Position numbers and translations under genes: made by a program | The notes under the pieces: model-generated | Told to the model about the DNA's origin: nothing | Database searches by the model: none | The model's input: the letters and a program-made list of their open reading frames with translations, nothing else | From: an uncultured delta proteobacterium | GTDB taxonomy: Bacteria; Desulfobacterota; Desulfobacteria; Desulfobacterales; B30-G6 | DNA: 64,000 nucleotides | Assembly (NCBI GenBank): GCA_963823335.1 | Contig: CAWGLD010000001.1 | Coordinates: forward strand, 640,001 to 704,000 | Reading direction: 5' to 3' | Shown: in pieces, positions 62,240 to 64,000 of the stretch | Layout: the number at the start of each line of letters is the position of its first letter | Position numbering within the stretch: position 1 is the first letter of the stretch

Positions 62240-63463
62240 TTAGTCACGTCCGTCTTTATATGTTTCCTCCACGGTTACACCTAATTTGGCCAGTTCCTTG
62301 AAATAATAGGTCCGGGCTTTCTTTTCGAGCTGCTCTGGAACGTACAATCCTTTTTTCGTAAAAACGTCCTCCACCATCATTTTTACAAAAACCGCCGCAC
62401 ATTGCCCTGTCATAAAAGCCTCATGGGTCAATCCGGAGCTCTTGAAAGCATCAACCAGACCCGGTGCGTTGGCATAGGTATCGACCCGGACAGGTTTACC
62501 ATTCTTGAAGCCATCGACCCGGACAAGAAAGGCGGCTTCTTCGGTGATCACCCCTTCATCGATAATGCTCTGTATTTCATCTGAATATTTAGGGGCAGGC
62601 GGGCAGAGTTCCAGAACCAGGTCCATGGGTATCACGGAAGCACCATTGACGGTCACCGGCTTGGTGGAGAGCAGTCCGAGCTTATACAGATCTTCGGACA
62701 GCTCGACCCCGGACCCGCCGTACTTGAATTCGACATTTTTAACACCTTTGAGGGCTTTATCGGCCATCAGTCCCATGGTAACAGGCTCATCATGTTCATG
62801 GTCGACCAACCGTACCGGGTGGTCGATCCCCTTGAATTTCATCCAGATAGGTCGGCTAAAGGGTTTGTCTATGATGTGCTCCCCGTCCTCATAGCGAAAT
62901 GTTTTGTAGGCCATGTCTCCGAAAGCCACTTCCGGCGACCACCAGAAAGGCGTAAACCGCTTGGTCTTCAAGCCCTCGTATACATATATGCCGATGGTGT
63001 CGCATGAATCCATTTTTTCGACTGCCTCCCTGGCCATGACGTTGGCCAGGCCGGGGGCGGAGCCTCCACCGAGAAGCGCTGACAGACCCTTTGCCTTGAA
63101 TTTTCGATGCCATTTTGTAAACATCATCTGATAGCTTTCAACAAAACCGACGTCTTCCATGGGGCCGGCCATGTCAAAATAGGACGCATTCACGGCCAGA
63201 GCCGCTTCCATGATGTTCAGGTTGTACTCCAGGGGCAACCCGTTCACTATCAGGTCACAGCCCTGAGCAGCTTGAATCACGTTATCGACATCGCTGGCGT
63301 CCAACTGGAGCGCCTTGGCCTTTTTTAAAGAGCCGCTCAATTTTTGGGCGGCTTTCTGATCATAATCCGCACAGATAATTTCCGATACCTGGGGATGTTC
63401 ATCCATCCTTTTGGCGATGGTGCTTCCTTGAGCGCCAACACCGACCACAATTATTTTTTTCAC
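62240..63463 (-). CDS. Saccharopine dehydrogenase family protein (carboxy(nor)spermidine dehydrogenase-like)
   Basis: VVGVGAQG, LDASD, YFDMA, GSAPGLAN, WSPE and HDE; GTG start with AAAGGA RBS. Confidence 0.8.
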   Translation of the reverse strand: MKKIIVVGVGAQGSTIAKRMDEHPQVSEIICADYDQKAAQKLSGSLKKAKALQLDASDVDNVIQAAQGCDLIVNGLPLEYNLNIMEAALAVNASYFDMAGPMEDVGFVESYQMMFTKWHRKFKAKGLSALLGGGSAPGLANVMAREAVEKMDSCDTIGIYVYEGLKTKRFTPFWWSPEVAFGDMAYKTFRYEDGEHIIDKPFSRPIWMKFKGIDHPVRLVDHEHDEPVTMGLMADKALKGVKNVEFKYGGSGVELSEDLYKLGLLSTKPVTVNGASVIPMDLVLELCPPAPKYSDEIQSIIDEGVITEEAAFLVRVDGFKNGKPVRVDTYANAPGLVDAFKSSGLTHEAFMTGQCAAVFVKMMVEDVFTKKGLYVPEQLEKKARTYYFKELAKLGVTVEETYKDGRD

Positions 63464-63631
63464 AATTCTTCCTTTCAATTTGTAATGATTGTGTGTTAGT
63501 TTTGCCAAAATAGTAGGCCGCCCATGTTCGTTTGTCAATAAAAATATATCATAATTCGGCGGATATGGTTAAATTACTATAAAATAAACGCGGATTACGA
63601 TGGAAAATAACTATTGATCCGGGAGGACCCC

Positions 63632-64000
63632 ATGATGAAAAAAGAGAAAAAGACCAGCAGGAAAAAGATTGACCGGGTCGATCAAGACATGATCCGATTG
63701 CTCCAAAAAGATGGACGAATGTCGATTGTAGATATCGCCAAGGAACTCGGTATTTCAGAAACCACGGCCCGTACCCGCCTCAAGCGCTTGATCCGTAAAG
63801 AAATTATCAATGTGGTGGCGGTCAGCAATCCCATCAAACTCGGGTTTGAAATCATCGGCAATCTCAAACTCACCATCGATCTTAAAAAGAAAGACCATAT
63901 CCTGAGCAGGCTGGTCAAAAACGACAAATTGAATTATATTGCGCTGACCACCGGTGGAACAGACCTGGACGTCGAGTTTATCGCTCGTTCTCTGGATGAA
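63632..64000 (+). CDS. Lrp/AsnC family regulator (runs off the window end; absent from the ORF track)
   Basis: IDRVDQDMIRLLQKDGRMSIVDIAKELGISETTARTRLKRL...NPIKLG; GGAGG RBS. Confidence 0.9.
   Translation, partial: MMKKEKKTSRKKIDRVDQDMIRLLQKDGRMSIVDIAKELGISETTARTRLKRLIRKEIINVVAVSNPIKLGFEIIGNLKLTIDLKKKDHILSRLVKNDKLNYIALTTGGTDLDVEFIARSLDE

Overview
Chromosomal window from an anaerobic, Desulfobacterales-like deltaproteobacterium (lineage inferred from gene content and protein style, not verified). It has four blocks. (1) 91-4127: tetR, a hypothetical gene, then mttB and mtbB. Each methyltransferase is split by one in-frame TAG at the conserved pyrrolysine position, so these are Pyl-containing tri- and dimethylamine methyltransferases. 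No pyl or corrinoid genes are in the window, and TAG is still a common stop codon. (2) 9986-23666: an aro/tyr operon with an aroB-aroE fusion and a complete trp operon. Each has an unannotated leader-peptide attenuator (YYYWFYY and WWW), and both share a two-terminator relay fold. (3) 23.9-39.9 kb: mostly housekeeping (osmC, a NorQ/NorD-like pair, traB, purN, trxA, bamD, rpmB, relA/spoT, proS, ispG, mltF). (4) 39.9-64 kb: an ornithine/agmatine/polyamine island. It contains rocD with a TrmB regulator and visible operators, a sigma54-driven GNAT + ATP-grasp + PLP-decarboxylase cluster, aguAB, potABCD (two 1-nt frameshifts), a putrescine aminotransferase fused to a tungsten-type aldehyde:ferredoxin oxidoreductase, and a saccharopine-dehydrogenase-family gene. 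Several MITE/REP-like elements and degenerate 7-9-nt intergenic repeats are scattered through the window. I saw no rRNA, tRNA or CRISPR array. All calls come from reading motifs by eye; no database search or folding program was run.
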